DNA from: Paraphysomonas bandaiensis
Taxonomy: Eukaryota > Protista > Chrysophyceae
NCBI GenBank assembly: GCA_965644295.1
Contig: CBFFRP010000039.1
Span: 1-64,000 of the forward strand
Length of the DNA: 64,000 bases
Direction: 5' to 3'
Shown here piece after piece: positions 25,601-37,708 of the stretch. Within the stretch, counting starts at the first letter, position 1; every line of letters starts with the position of its first letter. The translations under genes and the position numbers were made by a program. The notes beneath the pieces were generated by a model that worked only from the letters and a program-made list of their open reading frames with translations, had not been told where the DNA came from and searched no databases.

Positions 25601-27554
25601 GTATTACTCATGTCACACTGAGTGAATCTTGAAATATCTTCCAGATTATGGAGAATACAGTGAAGGTCGATTTCCATATCGATGTGAACTTGGCAGACTT
25701 CGACCTGCAAATTTTAATGGGATACAATATAGGAGAATCAGATTATCCAATAAATAGGCCATATGAATAACTGCAACAAAAATCTCATATGTCGCTAATC
25801 CTACCTTTTTTATAAGATTCCTGATGTTTGGTATGCTTTCTTCATTTAAACCCGCTAAACTCCGAATTTTCTCCACTAGACTTTCCCACTCTCGTTGAGT
25901 TTCCAGAAGATCAGATATCAGAGACGGCCGTATTGCAAAACCTGCAATACCAGAATTCAGTCACATTGACTCTAAAATTTCTTGGGTGACAGTCAAACCA
26001 TTGCACCACATGCAGTCAAGTAGAACAGCTGGAGTGATCTGTTCTCCAAATATGTTGGTTATACATATATACATATACAAATTCCATGCAAAACGCTGAC
26101 GAGTCGGTCAAAAATCTACCGCTAGCAATATGCGCACCTTCACCCTTTTTTAGCAATGCTATAATATCTTCTTCGCTTAGCTTATCGGCGAGTACTGCCC
26201 GCGTTCGCACGAAAAATACATTCAGATCATTCACCTCACTGTTGAGTGCTTTAACAGCACACTCGAAGCACTGCATCAGCTGTTGTACGCAATCTTCAGA
26301 GGTCGTAGATTTGAGAATTGATTTACCAGTGTTGACATGTGGGTCCAACTGTCCATATGATACCTCCCCAATGAGTGCCTGTATTAAAAGTAAACAATCG
26401 GCAAAACGTTTGCTATCTATATGACCTCTTTGAGGTCTCTCAACCACTCTGTCACGAGAACAAAAACCTCACAGCTCTCCAAAAAGTCAGGAGGTGGGAT
26501 CAGGCCCTCTGCCTCAGAAACCACACTATTCAGCTCATCAGAGATATTTGTTAGCATATCTAAGTTGGCAGCACTGAGGAGGTCGCCATTTGTAATAACA
26601 CTACAGAGAGGTCCCAATGTTTTCCTACAAACCGTTCGCATATCATCCTCAGCTTCAGTGGTTGCCACGGAACATTCCTGCAAGTATTTCAGGAGCCATT
26701 AGCATAATTATAAATAATACTCTGGTCTAAGTAGCATAATCATGTAAAACGAATGAAAGAGTATTCAGTATTGCGTATGCAACGGCATGACATATAGTCG
26801 TCCATACCTCCAATCTGTTCCACCACGTAGACAAGAGTTCGTTCAACATATACGTATCATCACGCCAAATCTCTTGGTCGTCACTTTTACAAGAAAAAAA
26901 TAATTCAAGAACAGCTAAAGCGTCATCAATGTCTGAAATCCGCAATTTGACCGCGCCATTATCATCCGAGTCCAACAGATCGATAACAGGACACACTTTC
27001 TCTTCAATCGCCGCCAGAATCTCCAATAATCTCGACGCACGATCCTTACCAGTTGAATGAATATCCTTTTCGTAATTTTCTTTCCTAGTCTTATCATCCA
27101 TTGTGCCTTCTAAACAAAATTTGCAGTGGTAATCACTGTCTTCGTCCAGTGCAGGTACATCTCCAATGCAACTATGGTGATACCAGCCATGACAGTCCAT
27201 GCACATGATCATGTCGTCTTTCTTCACACCATACAGCGTTTTACATATACAAAACACGGGTTCCTGGAAGTGTTTCTGACATTCGTATATGAGTGCATCA
27301 TTGTCGTCAAGAAAGAGCAGGCCTTTTCTACTTGCACACTTCGGGTGGGCATTGCTAGTGCAGTTGGGATTGCTACATGCAATGAATATACCCTCCTCGC
27401 TGTTACACTGAAAATGACAGAGATTTTCAGACCTGTTGGCGTGAGTCCACTGGCACCTGCTGCCAGGCCTCGAGGTGAAAAACTTCTTCAATCTATGCCA
27501 CATCAGGCTACTGGATTGAATTTTTTTGGCTCGAGTTCGTGATAGTGACTCCAT
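16691..27554 (-). CDS. Large multi-exon PHD-finger / TFIIS-M / SPOC-like protein (PHF3/DIDO/Bye1-like) with WG-repeat C-terminal tail
   Basis: N-terminal extended-PHD plus PHD (CIC...MIMCMDCHGWYHHSCIG...CKFC); long helical region; DIDO-like Cys motif RSPDSDYCTEKC; TFIIS-M-like YITICRKYLKIFKQPHNYDK|VLMLLASELKFDQLL..FFAS; SPOC-like segment ~20080-19330; terminal exon with 92-aa repeats. Exon chain is consistent where traced (3' half); single-gene continuity through 22-26.7 kb not fully verified. Confidence 0.7.
16926..18497. repeat. 276-bp coding tandem repeat, ~5.7 near-identical copies
   Basis: Period 276 (shadow ORFs at 16960, 17236, 17512, 17788, 18064, 18340); in frame on the minus strand, each unit containing TWGAASSGWGG. 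Confidence 0.98.
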
Positions 27555-28869
27555 GAGCTTATCTGATAGAGACTATGATCATGAGTGGAGGGAATGCGTG
27601 TGGAGACATGGACACGGCTCGCACTGTATGAGCTAGATGTATATGGAGATGAGGCCTCATATTGGCATACTCTCACAGTGTGTATGTGGGTGACAATTCT
27701 GTCACTTCAAAAAAAACATCGAAATATGGACGAAATCGAACAATCATGTACTCGTAATACCATACATACACTGCTGTATATCTAGATACTGTACAAGTGT
27801 ATACCGCCGTATACCATAAACGGGCACTCCCTCTATATCCACAGCAGTGTGCTTGTTGTAGATCGGGATCTAGACATGACCGTAGCTGTGATGCATTGAC
27901 AAGGCATGGAACTTACCCGGAATTGTAGAATGACTAAACGGATGTGTGCTAGTCCGCCACCACCTCTGCTGCTACATATTAATACGCGGTCTCTGGTTAT
28001 CTTATGTGTGTCATGATACGCTCGACACAGATATCTCACGATAACTGACCCCCTCATTTGGATCTTGATATGCCCGTGCGTGCTTTGATATCCTTTCATG
28101 GTGTATGTAAAGAATAGGATTAGAAATATTTCTAAAACTTATAGTTGTTTGCACACTTTACTGGCATGACATTTCGCATGACGCCAAGAATGTTAATACT
28201 TTCGCTAATTCACGTGTACCTCGAAACTCTACATATATATATATTATACATGTGAATACGATGAAATAGCAATTGTCTGAATTATCATCAGAGAATTATG
28301 TGATTGGTTCTAACAGTGCTCCTTACAATTGTGTCTAGCTACTAGGATTGCGTAACAATTAATTGGATTGCCAATTAAATTAATTGGTTTAATAAATTAA
28401 AATGATAAATTCAATTAATATTATTGGTAAATCATAAATCATATTGCCAATTAATTGGCTGGCTTAATTGTATTATATATAGCATCTTAAGATGTATAGC
28501 TAGTAGCTGTCTTTCTTTTAGGCTACATTCTTCACGTGAAGTCTTCGATGATTATTCTTTAACTAATGCAAATTTTATCTCTTATTTAGTATTACCACCC
28601 CCAGCTATAAATCTTAATTTATGATTCACGACTGTAAGAAAGTAGTCAAAAGAGTTGTATGGCTACTTTTCGTCGAGAGATGATGTGTAGTAATAGTTAG
28701 ATCAATGAAATGTATATTACTCTTTACTCTTTGAATGACTTCTACAGCAACCAGCAACACGTGATATCACTAAGCAGCATGATATTGTCAAGATTAGATC
28801 AAGATTAAGTCAATTCGCACCAAGTACATCATAAAGTCAATATTATACATGCATAATATCAAATTATTA

Positions 28870-30237
28870 TCAATCCCATAGAACAAGGTGTCCTCTTTCA
28901 ACTAACTTCTGAATTGCTTCCTTTAAGTTGTCTACATCGAATTTAGCATTATGTTGATTCATTATCTTCTGACCAGTGGCATGTTCGTAGAGTTCCTTTA
29001 GCGACGGATTCTTCCTTCGACCCCATTTATTTTTGCTTTTTACGATAAGTTTAGTGGCATGCATAGTACATATAGGCTCAAGAGCAGAAAATTCATTGAG
29101 TAGATCTTCCATACCCCTGCGGTACAATTCACTCTTGGTAGCTGAAACATCGAAGCGTGCATTATGTGCTATGACATGAGTAGCTCCCTCACATGCCTGC
29201 ATCATTTGTCGAAAGGCAGAGGCAAATTCTATGCCCGAAGATACCGCCGACTCGTGAGTTATTCCATGAAATTCGGCATTATCAATAATAAACCCGTTTG
29301 GCTTTATAACAAAATCGCCCGATACTACTTCCTCAAATGTTTTCTTGTCACAGACCATATAACCCAGCTGAACGATGCGACAAGAGTCGTACTTTTCAGT
29401 CATTTTATAATCTGCAGAGTCACTTTTATCATCTTTACGCTTTTTAGGCAAGCCAGTAGTTTCCACATCATAAAAAACGACATGAGGGCCACTTTTTCGT
29501 CCTAAAACTTTTGGCATAATGAAAACATCGGCATCATTCCGCATTTTCATACTAGTGTCATTAGGCAGGTTGGAATCTAACGCGTTTTCGTCAACATGCA
29601 ACGACGGCTTATTTTTGGGCATCCACCGCATAAATAGCTCCCGATCCGCATCACCAGGGATAAACCACGCTTTCACAGCATAATCCCACTTGGCTCCATG
29701 TAGTTTGGCCTCACTCTTTTCCTCGTACGGCACTTCTATATATTGTTTTCTCCAGGCACTAAATTTAGATATATCAGCTTCATAGGGAATGTACCACCTT
29801 CTCGATTTCATATCCCAGCGAGCGCCACACTTCTTAGCTTCATCACGCTGTTCATACGGTACATGGATATACTCTCGTACTCGCCAAGGGTCTAACTGTC
29901 CAGTTGCAGTAATATCATTCTGGGCATACCATCGCCGTTTCTCTCCGTCAAACATACCACCTCTTTCCTTAACACAGTCTTTATCTGAATATGGAACAAC
30001 TAAGTACTCCCGGGTCAATTTCCATCTTTCGAATTCTTCTGGATAGCCCACTGCATTGACATTAACAAACCACATCTCTAAAAGAGGGTCCCACTGGGCA
30101 CCCAATGAACTCACACGCGCACTCTCATACGATGGTACGTCCAAATATCGAAAAGGGCTGTTGAGCCCGCTAGAAACAAACATACGAGGGACTGTAAGCA
30201 ACTGGAGGGTTCTGCGGCAGTGCATCATAAGAGCCAT
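28870..30237 (-). CDS. 4x DUF5710-like repeats + DEDDh 3'-5' exonuclease, intronless, possible organellar presequence
   Basis: Four YxxVPYxxxxxAKxxGAxWD..W(Y/F) repeats; ExoI YDVETTGLP, ExoII HNARFD, ExoIII HNAKFD. First in-frame ATG at 30237 (MALMMHCRRTLQLLTVPRMFVSS). Confidence 0.85.
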   Translation of the reverse strand: MALMMHCRRTLQLLTVPRMFVSSGLNSPFRYLDVPSYESARVSSLGAQWDPLLEMWFVNVNAVGYPEEFERWKLTREYLVVPYSDKDCVKERGGMFDGEKRRWYAQNDITATGQLDPWRVREYIHVPYEQRDEAKKCGARWDMKSRRWYIPYEADISKFSAWRKQYIEVPYEEKSEAKLHGAKWDYAVKAWFIPGDADRELFMRWMPKNKPSLHVDENALDSNLPNDTSMKMRNDADVFIMPKVLGRKSGPHVVFYDVETTGLPKKRKDDKSDSADYKMTEKYDSCRIVQLGYMVCDKKTFEEVVSGDFVIKPNGFIIDNAEFHGITHESAVSSGIEFASAFRQMMQACEGATHVIAHNARFDVSATKSELYRRGMEDLLNEFSALEPICTMHATKLIVKSKNKWGRRKNPSLKELYEHATGQKIMNQHNAKFDVDNLKEAIQKLVERGHLVLWD

Positions 30238-30749
30238 CGCGAATAGCACAGACGATGAAAAAATCTTCAACTTTATCCGTGGCCCTCTTATGACAGAAGG
30301 CGAGTCTATTTTTAGATATCAGGACTCGGAATTCCTACTTCATCATCATGATAACAGTCCATCACCAATCAGCAGCAATCCAATCAGCAGTATACAAAGT
30401 AGTATAGTATGGTAGTGCAGGGTGTGTAGAGCAGGCATACAGCAGTGCCTATCCAGTTATGTAGTGTACATACAGCAGCGTATACCAGGTGGTATACAGT
30501 GGCAACTGTGTTCAAATTTTGAATGGGATCCATGTCGAGTACAATACTGCTGCACTGTACTGTACGTATACCGGTATACACCGCATCAGTGGAAACCAAG
30601 CATGCTGTACAAAATCCCCATTTTTCAGTTCTCAGAGTGCTGTAAATATCGCCATATGTAGAGCGAACTACAGCACTCGTAGTGATGATCATCATCTTAA
30701 GAAGCCCATCGAGCATGATGATTTCTGCTCTTTGTATTGTTGAGGTGTG

Positions 30750-32147
30750 ATGGAGGCTCCGTATGCTGTTTATTTCACAGGAGGAACAGCTCTACAAGAC
30801 ACCGCATCTGCGATGGGGTTTACTGACTACATGCACGAGCACAGTGGAGGGGAAGGCATCATAGCGCACACCAAGTCCGTTCATATTGTTACATGTTTTG
30901 ATTCGGGTGGAAGCTCTGCGATATTGCGTCAAACTGTGCCGGGTTTACCAGCAGTGGGGGATATCCGGAACCGTATCTGCAGTATTGCTGAGGGTCGCCT
31001 AAGAGCATTGGATGCTGTGGATCCTAGTGCCAAGTCTCTATCTCCACTGAGACTCGTGAGATTTTTTCATCATAGGCTCCCATCCCCAGAGCAGTGTGTT
31101 ATTTCTGGCATTACGAATGTAGATCTTAGGAATACACTGGAGATGATTTCACACTGTTCTAGAATTAGTTTGGAATCGGGAATACAATACGATGGATATG
31201 AAATTGAACTTAATGCAGTGACTTTAGTTGATCACTTGCAGAATCTACTTGTCGGAGTTCCACATTCCACCCTCATTGAATGTCTCTCGCTCCTTTCTGT
31301 ATTCCTGAAGGAGGTACCCTGTTTCGATTTCGCTGGAGCTTCTCTAGGAAATCTGATTCTCACAGGTGCCTACTTGTCACAGGATAATAATAGATGCCTT
31401 GCTTATGCTGTACGAATAGTACGAGAAATGATGGGCATACCAGAATTAGTGCTCCCATGTTCTGTTTCCTCCTGTACTCTAGGCGCCCGTTTATTAAATT
31501 CTCGAGTTGTAATGGGCCAGCACCGCATTACATCTCCTAAGGGATCGTTAGCAGGTATTGAATCACCGATCGACGACTTGTTTCTTGTTAACTATGCGGG
31601 ATTGGACCAGTCTATCCCATCACCAGACGAAGTTAGCGTGGAGTGCAAATCCTGTGCAAGTGCACTCCCGGAAGTCCTGGTGGCGATTGGTTCGGCAAGT
31701 CTGCTATGCTACCCTATAGGAAGCTTCTACACAAGCCTTCTTGCGTGCCTTCTTGCTGATGATATAGCCTCTACTATATTCAACAATGTCACGGCCAAGA
31801 AGGTATTCGTTCCGAACATGATCAGAGATACGGAGTCTTTGGGGATGAAGTTGCACGATTTAGTTCGCACGTTATGTGCTTTTTTAACCAACCAATGTGT
31901 GGATAAAACGTGCAAACCTTCAGATTTTGTATCTGTGGTGTTACTTGACTCTACTTGTGAATATGACAGCTATGGAGGAATTAAGTGCGAAAGTGTTGAA
32001 ATTATTAGGGATGACTTGGGGATTAGTGTTTGGCAGGCGGATATATGTCGTCAAGAGAAAAAGGGTGGTGCTTTTATATTAGACCCCGTAAAATTTCTCT
32101 CTGTCATTGACAAATTGGCAAGTAAACCAATATCAAGTGTATTGTAG
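30750..32147 (+). CDS. CofD/YvcK (UPF0052) family protein, GAK-system-like, intronless
   Basis: FTGGTA, VTCFDSGGSS..LR, PAVGDIRNR, FDFAGASLGNLILTGAYL, GQHRIT, CYPIGSFYTSLLACLL, KVFVPN..DTESLG. Confidence 0.85.
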   Translation: MEAPYAVYFTGGTALQDTASAMGFTDYMHEHSGGEGIIAHTKSVHIVTCFDSGGSSAILRQTVPGLPAVGDIRNRICSIAEGRLRALDAVDPSAKSLSPLRLVRFFHHRLPSPEQCVISGITNVDLRNTLEMISHCSRISLESGIQYDGYEIELNAVTLVDHLQNLLVGVPHSTLIECLSLLSVFLKEVPCFDFAGASLGNLILTGAYLSQDNNRCLAYAVRIVREMMGIPELVLPCSVSSCTLGARLLNSRVVMGQHRITSPKGSLAGIESPIDDLFLVNYAGLDQSIPSPDEVSVECKSCASALPEVLVAIGSASLLCYPIGSFYTSLLACLLADDIASTIFNNVTAKKVFVPNMIRDTESLGMKLHDLVRTLCAFLTNQCVDKTCKPSDFVSVVLLDSTCEYDSYGGIKCESVEIIRDDLGISVWQADICRQEKKGGAFILDPVKFLSVIDKLASKPISSVL

Positions 32148-33004
32148 TTTGTATAAAACATTGTGGACTTATTTATTATTCAACTACTTTTGTTGTTAGT
32201 GCTCTTTCTGTTACACGATTACATATAATATTTCACCGTAGAGTAAATATTTGGATATTTATAAAGCGCAGTTCTTGTACCACATTTATTGGTAAACTTT
32301 ATTTGGAAAGTGTATATGTAGCTGTTAAGATTCCATACCTCATGTCGTCAGTAATCCACGGATTGTATGAATATATATTATTGACGTCCTCATTGGAATG
32401 CATAAAGGGGTAGAGCAGGGCCTGGTAACCGTTAATGACCCATTAATGCTAGTCAAGTTCCCGGCAATTATAATGGCCGTTAGTGGTAAGGATAACCATC
32501 ACTTATGTAGGAAACTAACCCATCACAGTGTGTAATCAATGGATATAATAGCGACTAGATTGAATAACAAAATTGACTAGGTTGAGTCAAGTATTACTTT
32601 GAATAGGTTAATTCACCAATTTTGGTATGGCTAGGTTTGACAATAATATTTCCCCCCACTCTAGCACTATAGTATTTCCAGTATTAGAAGTTCCACTTCG
32701 TAATTTATAAGCATATTTATACTTGGTGCGCTGTGTTGGCGCTGAAATTTATTTTCTAGCAACATCAAATAAAATAAGATACTACTATAGTGAATGAACA
32801 GAGTCTCACACTGGAATCTTGACAGTAAAGTTTTCAATCTAAAATTGAAGCAACCTGTTTCAACATACATTGTATTTATAATATTGGGTTCAATTGGTAC
32901 AATATACATTCAGTGAGATTGATAGAAAGAACACAGTTTCCAAAAACTCCTAAATATAACATATGAAACACTAATGCACCCACCATTGGTGATACATTGA
33001 AACG

Positions 33005-35087
33005 CTATAGTAGATCATCTGGTGGGGGCTCCAGCTCATCCTCACTGTCCGGAGGTGTACTAAGGTCATCATATACAACATCTAAGTACACGTCTGGTGG
33101 AGGGTCGCTCAGGTCTGAGTCATCATCATATCCGCGCCTTTGCTGATGTAACTTTTGGAGCATGTTATGGACTTCTTTGAGAATTAATGATGAGTCGTCA
33201 CTTGGGCTCGACGTCTTTGACTCTGATTTACTATCTGATGAAAAATCATCAGATTTTTGTTCCAAGTACTGACTCAATAAGCCTTCCAACTTTCGCCGGT
33301 CTTCCTCAAGCAGTGAAGACTGTCTATGTGCCTCCATTAATTCACCCTTAAGCCGGTCACGTGTGTCGCACAGACTGTAATATTTAGCTTCCATATCCTC
33401 GTATTTGAGTTTCATGTCGTTAAGAGCACGCGTTACATCTACGAGTTCACGGTCTCCTTTGGCCTTTTCCTCCAGAGCTCGAATATCAGCTTCCGCATGA
33501 AGCTTTCGAATGACGTGCTCCTGCTCCTGAACCTAAAAGTATTTCATTGGGGTCAATATATACTGTCATAACTTCAGCAACATTGATACGACAGCACAGA
33601 CACAGAAAACAGTAGAATTATATTGCATTCTCAAAATTACGTGAATACGAAAAAAAGTGGCACAAAATGATAGGGCACCTGTGATTGAAGCTTGTCAAAT
33701 GCAATCTGTTGTTTGCCTCTGTCCTCTATGAGCCTCACACACTGGGCCTCTTTTTCTTCATATTTTAAACGTAGATCATGCAATGATCGTGTAACTTCCA
33801 TCACCTCGCGCTACAAAGAGCAACTATTAATCATATATCTTCATATGTGGTACCTATGTAAAGAGCAAATATTCGTGCAATTCAACTTACCTCTCCCTTT
33901 GCCTTCTCCTCCAATATCCGAATATCTGTTTCGGCAGTTATCTTGCGAAGAGTTTGCTCATGGGCCGCTTGTAGAGCCTCCACATCTACTGTACCACTTT
34001 CATCTTTGTCCTTCGACAACATTCGGCTTTCCGTCTCCTCGTGGAGCTTTTTGAAAATATCCCTCTCCACAGTCACCTTTTGAAGTTCAGATTCAATCTC
34101 TTTACACTGATGTTGCGAAGCATTCAATGACTCTGAAAGGCTGGTAACTTGCTGTGTCAAAGTAGATTTTACACTTTCATATTCTTCTTTGAGTTGTCCA
34201 GAAGCTCGTAGCTGATCTTCTAGCTCAGTACATCGAGCTTGAAGCTCATCACGACTTAATTCTAATTCCCGCAGAGACTTGGCATAATCCATGAATTTTT
34301 GCTCGTTTTCCGTTTGATTGGAGGAAAGCGTATTCGAAATATTCTCATGCCGCGATTTCCATTCATCCCTTTCCGCACAGACCGAAGTATATTTACCCTC
34401 AAGTTCACTTAACCTGGCCTGTAAACCCTCAACCTCAGCATTATTAGCTTTAGGAGCTGGCTGAGCTACGGTAGAAGCAGACGAAGATGTGGGTGCGGTC
34501 CAGCTCGTCTGACCAGTTGATGTATTCCGCCAGTACTTTCTTTTATATTTCTCGCTATATTTCTCTTCCCAGGTGCCGCCAGTACCAGTTAAAGATGTGG
34601 AAGCTGTTCTACCTTCACTAGATGGGGGTGACCAGCTTGATTTCCCGGTATTTTTATTTCGCCAATATTTTCTTTTATGCTTCTCACTGTATTTTTCCTC
34701 CCATTCATCCTGGGCAACTGCAGTATTTACGGTACCAGATTTGTCAGGATCAGTCCATGTAGTCTTTCCTGTAGTCTTATTCCGCCAATAGTTCCGCTTA
34801 TGCTTATCACTATACTTCTCTTCCCAATCATTACTTTCTGTTGATGCAGCAATTGCCATCGCTTTAGTCGGGTCGCTCCATGTTGTCTTCCCGGTCGATT
34901 TATTCCTCCAATACTTACGTTTATGTTTCTCACTGAACTTCTCTTCCCACTCAGCAGCAGCAACAGAAGAAGAACCTTTACTAGCACTAGGATCAGTCCA
35001 AGATGACTTCCCTGTGGTCTTATTCCTCCAGTATTTACGTTTATGTTTCTCACTGAATCTCTCCTCCCAATCGGACGCATCTGACAT
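33005..35087 (-). CDS. Five tandem WW domains + coiled coil + acidic Pro-rich tail (multi-exon)
   Basis: Five WEEK(F/Y)SEKHKRKYWRNxxTGxxxWxxP repeats; heptad-rich middle; final exon ends EPPPDDLL*. Confidence 0.85.
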
Positions 35088-35229
35088 CTTAAACACTAGT
35101 CCTGCTTATGATCCAATACGGAATGGTGGTAGGGTAACTAGAGAATAGGTGGACGTACAGCTGTGCAAGCGGTTCTATCTCATTAATAGTGTGGACAGTT
35201 CACTATGAGTTTCCTGCTCATAGTATGTG

Positions 35230-35400
35230 TACATACATACATACATACATACATACATACATACATACATACATACATACATACATACATACATACATAC
35301 ATACATACATACATACATACATACATACATACATACATACATACATACATACATACATACATACATACATACATACATACATACCTACCTACCTACCTAC
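35230..35400. repeat. (TACA)n microsatellite grading into (TACC)n
   Basis: About 150 bp of perfect TACA followed by CCTA units, between two divergent genes. Confidence 0.98.
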
Positions 35401-35815
35401 AGGTGTGTAATAGCATAGGAGACTTCGACATACAGTTTATACTGCTGTAGATATAGTGTACCGCTGGACATGTACGGTGTACTGCTATGAGGCACATCCA
35501 TTTTTGGCCAAAGTGTTCCAATATACAGTAGTACGCGTATGTGATGTATTGCAGTACTGTACAGCTGTATATACAGGGCTACGACGTAGAGGCGTTGGTG
35601 TATATGTACACAGGTACACCATCATACATAAGAGCCGTGTACATTATACAACTCTGTACAGTGGTATATGTAGGTATGGTTACATACATTAACATTAACA
35701 CCTTCACTGAGCAAGCCGTCACCAGGGAGCCTTATGCAGGCTATATCACTATGACTGTAACAATCCAATAGTGATAATCAGATAGTGCAGCGTGAAGTAC
35801 AGTGCATGCTGCTGG

Positions 35816-37708
35816 ATGTCTAGTTATTGGGACCTCATATCGAAGCGATGGCAGATCATCATACTGCTGCACACAGGGTTCATAATAGAGTATACCCTCA
35901 GAGTTAATGCAAGTGTAGCAGTGGTGCAGATGAAGGAAAGTTTTGGATGGACGGAAGATCAGCATGGCGTAATGCTGTCTGCGTTCTATTGGGGCTATGC
36001 GGTTGGTCAACTGCCCTCAGCTTTCATCGTACAGCAGTGCGGTGCCAAACCAATATTTGCATGGAGTATACTCCTGGCCTCCATTCTGACTATTATTCTT
36101 CCTGTGGCCTCAGAGTGGTCTTTCTCAGCTGGGTTAATTGTTAGAGCCTTTACTGGTTTAGCTGAAAGTGCAGCATTCCCGGCGACATTTCATATGTATC
36201 CTTCCTGGGTTCCAGAAGCAGAACAGACATCCATGATTACGTGTGTGATGTCCGGACTCTATTTGGTACGTACTGTGCTCCTATGCATCTCGTACAGTAT
36301 ACTGTGACGAGTTACAATATACATCGTTGTATCATTTCATAATTGATATATGTAGGGCGAAATTCTGTGCTTTCTCATCTCTGGATACCTTGTTGTATCA
36401 AAATTTAGTTTAGTTGGAATTGAAATGGGTGGTTGGATTGCGGTGTTTTGGGTTTTTGGGGTTGTTGGCTTAGTATGGACGCCACTGTGGCTGTATTGTG
36501 CGTATGACACACCAGAAGAGCATCCGACCATAACATCTGAGGAATTGGAGCTCCTATCTAAAGGTGGGTTCTTATGTTTCTTACTACATCTGCAGAGTGT
36601 ATAAATCATTTAATGATATACTAATTATAAGCGCTAATCTTACAATTGAAACTCTGTACATCAGCATCTCCCTGATTTAAATATTTCGTACTGCCGTTTT
36701 GTAGGTAAGCGAAGAACGCTGGATGAGAATACTCGTCCGGCCACTCCATCACATATTCGGTATACACGTGCAAATAGTACTGATGAAGTTGAAAGCAGTG
36801 AAGTAGAATTGCTTGGCCGAGAGAGCCTCCGCTCCGATAATATGAATTGTACGGCTGACGAAGAAGAAGAAGCTGGTAATAAAGAAGAAGATGAAGTCCA
36901 CTTGCTAAATTCCTTAGACATCGAGTCGAAGTACTCTTCCAGTAGTGACATAAATATGTTGGACAACACTGATTCCTTAGCGGAATCACCATCGTGGCTT
37001 ACAACCCCTTGGGTTGCATTTTTTACTCACCCTACGTCAGTGACACTACTAATTGCCTACTGGACTCAGAATTGGATTGGTTACTTAATTTTGTCTGAGC
37101 TCCCGACCTATTTCACGGAGGAGCTAGGGTTTAATTTGAAAGAAGCTGGATTAGCGAGCATGGCTCCGTATATTGCACAGTATGTATGTACATTAGCGTT
37201 TGGGTGGGGGTTTCAGTATATGCAAAAATATGCTGGGTGGTCCACTCGAGCAGTCCGACAGACAGCCCAGCATGTGTGTTTCATTGGATCCTCCCTTTGT
37301 TTGGTGGTATGTGGTTTTGTTAGTAGTGCGCAATGGGCGATGGGGCTCATGGTGGTAGCTTTGGCCTTATACGCGGCGTGTCAGTCGGGTTTGGCATGTG
37401 CTTTCCTCGATGTTTCGCCGAACTATTCTTCCACTCTAAACACCGTCGCGAACTTATTTGGTGCACTCTCTGGGGTAGCTTCACCGATAGTCGTATCTCT
37501 CTTTACTGACGCATTTGAAGGGGTATGGGGATGGCGTTTTGTGTTTCTTCTTACTGCTCTGCAATGTGTGTTGTCATCTATCTTGTGGTATATGTACCAA
37601 ACGTCCGATATAGTTCCACTTTTGAATAATCCAAGCAATACTAAAAATATTGCATCTGTATCTAGTGTAGTGAGCACTCTTTCGGTCACTGCAAAAATAG
37701 ACGATTAG
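35816..37708 (+). CDS. MFS transporter, SLC17/anion:cation symporter family (multi-exon)
   Basis: EYTLRVNASVAVV, LSAFYWGYAVGQLP, RAFTGLAESAAFPA, WVPEAE, DTPEEHPTITSEEL, LSELPTYF, DVSPNYS, WRFVF. Confidence 0.92.

Noticed and set aside
30238-30270. Signal-peptide-like extension MKIFSSSVLFA on the exonuclease
   Set aside because: It depends on a TTG start; there is no upstream in-frame ATG before a stop.
32400-32670. Possible MITE/hAT termini
   Set aside because: No convincing terminal inverted repeat pair or target-site duplication.
35175-35450. MYVC/HTYI repeat ORFs
   Set aside because: Translations of the (TACA)n microsatellite.
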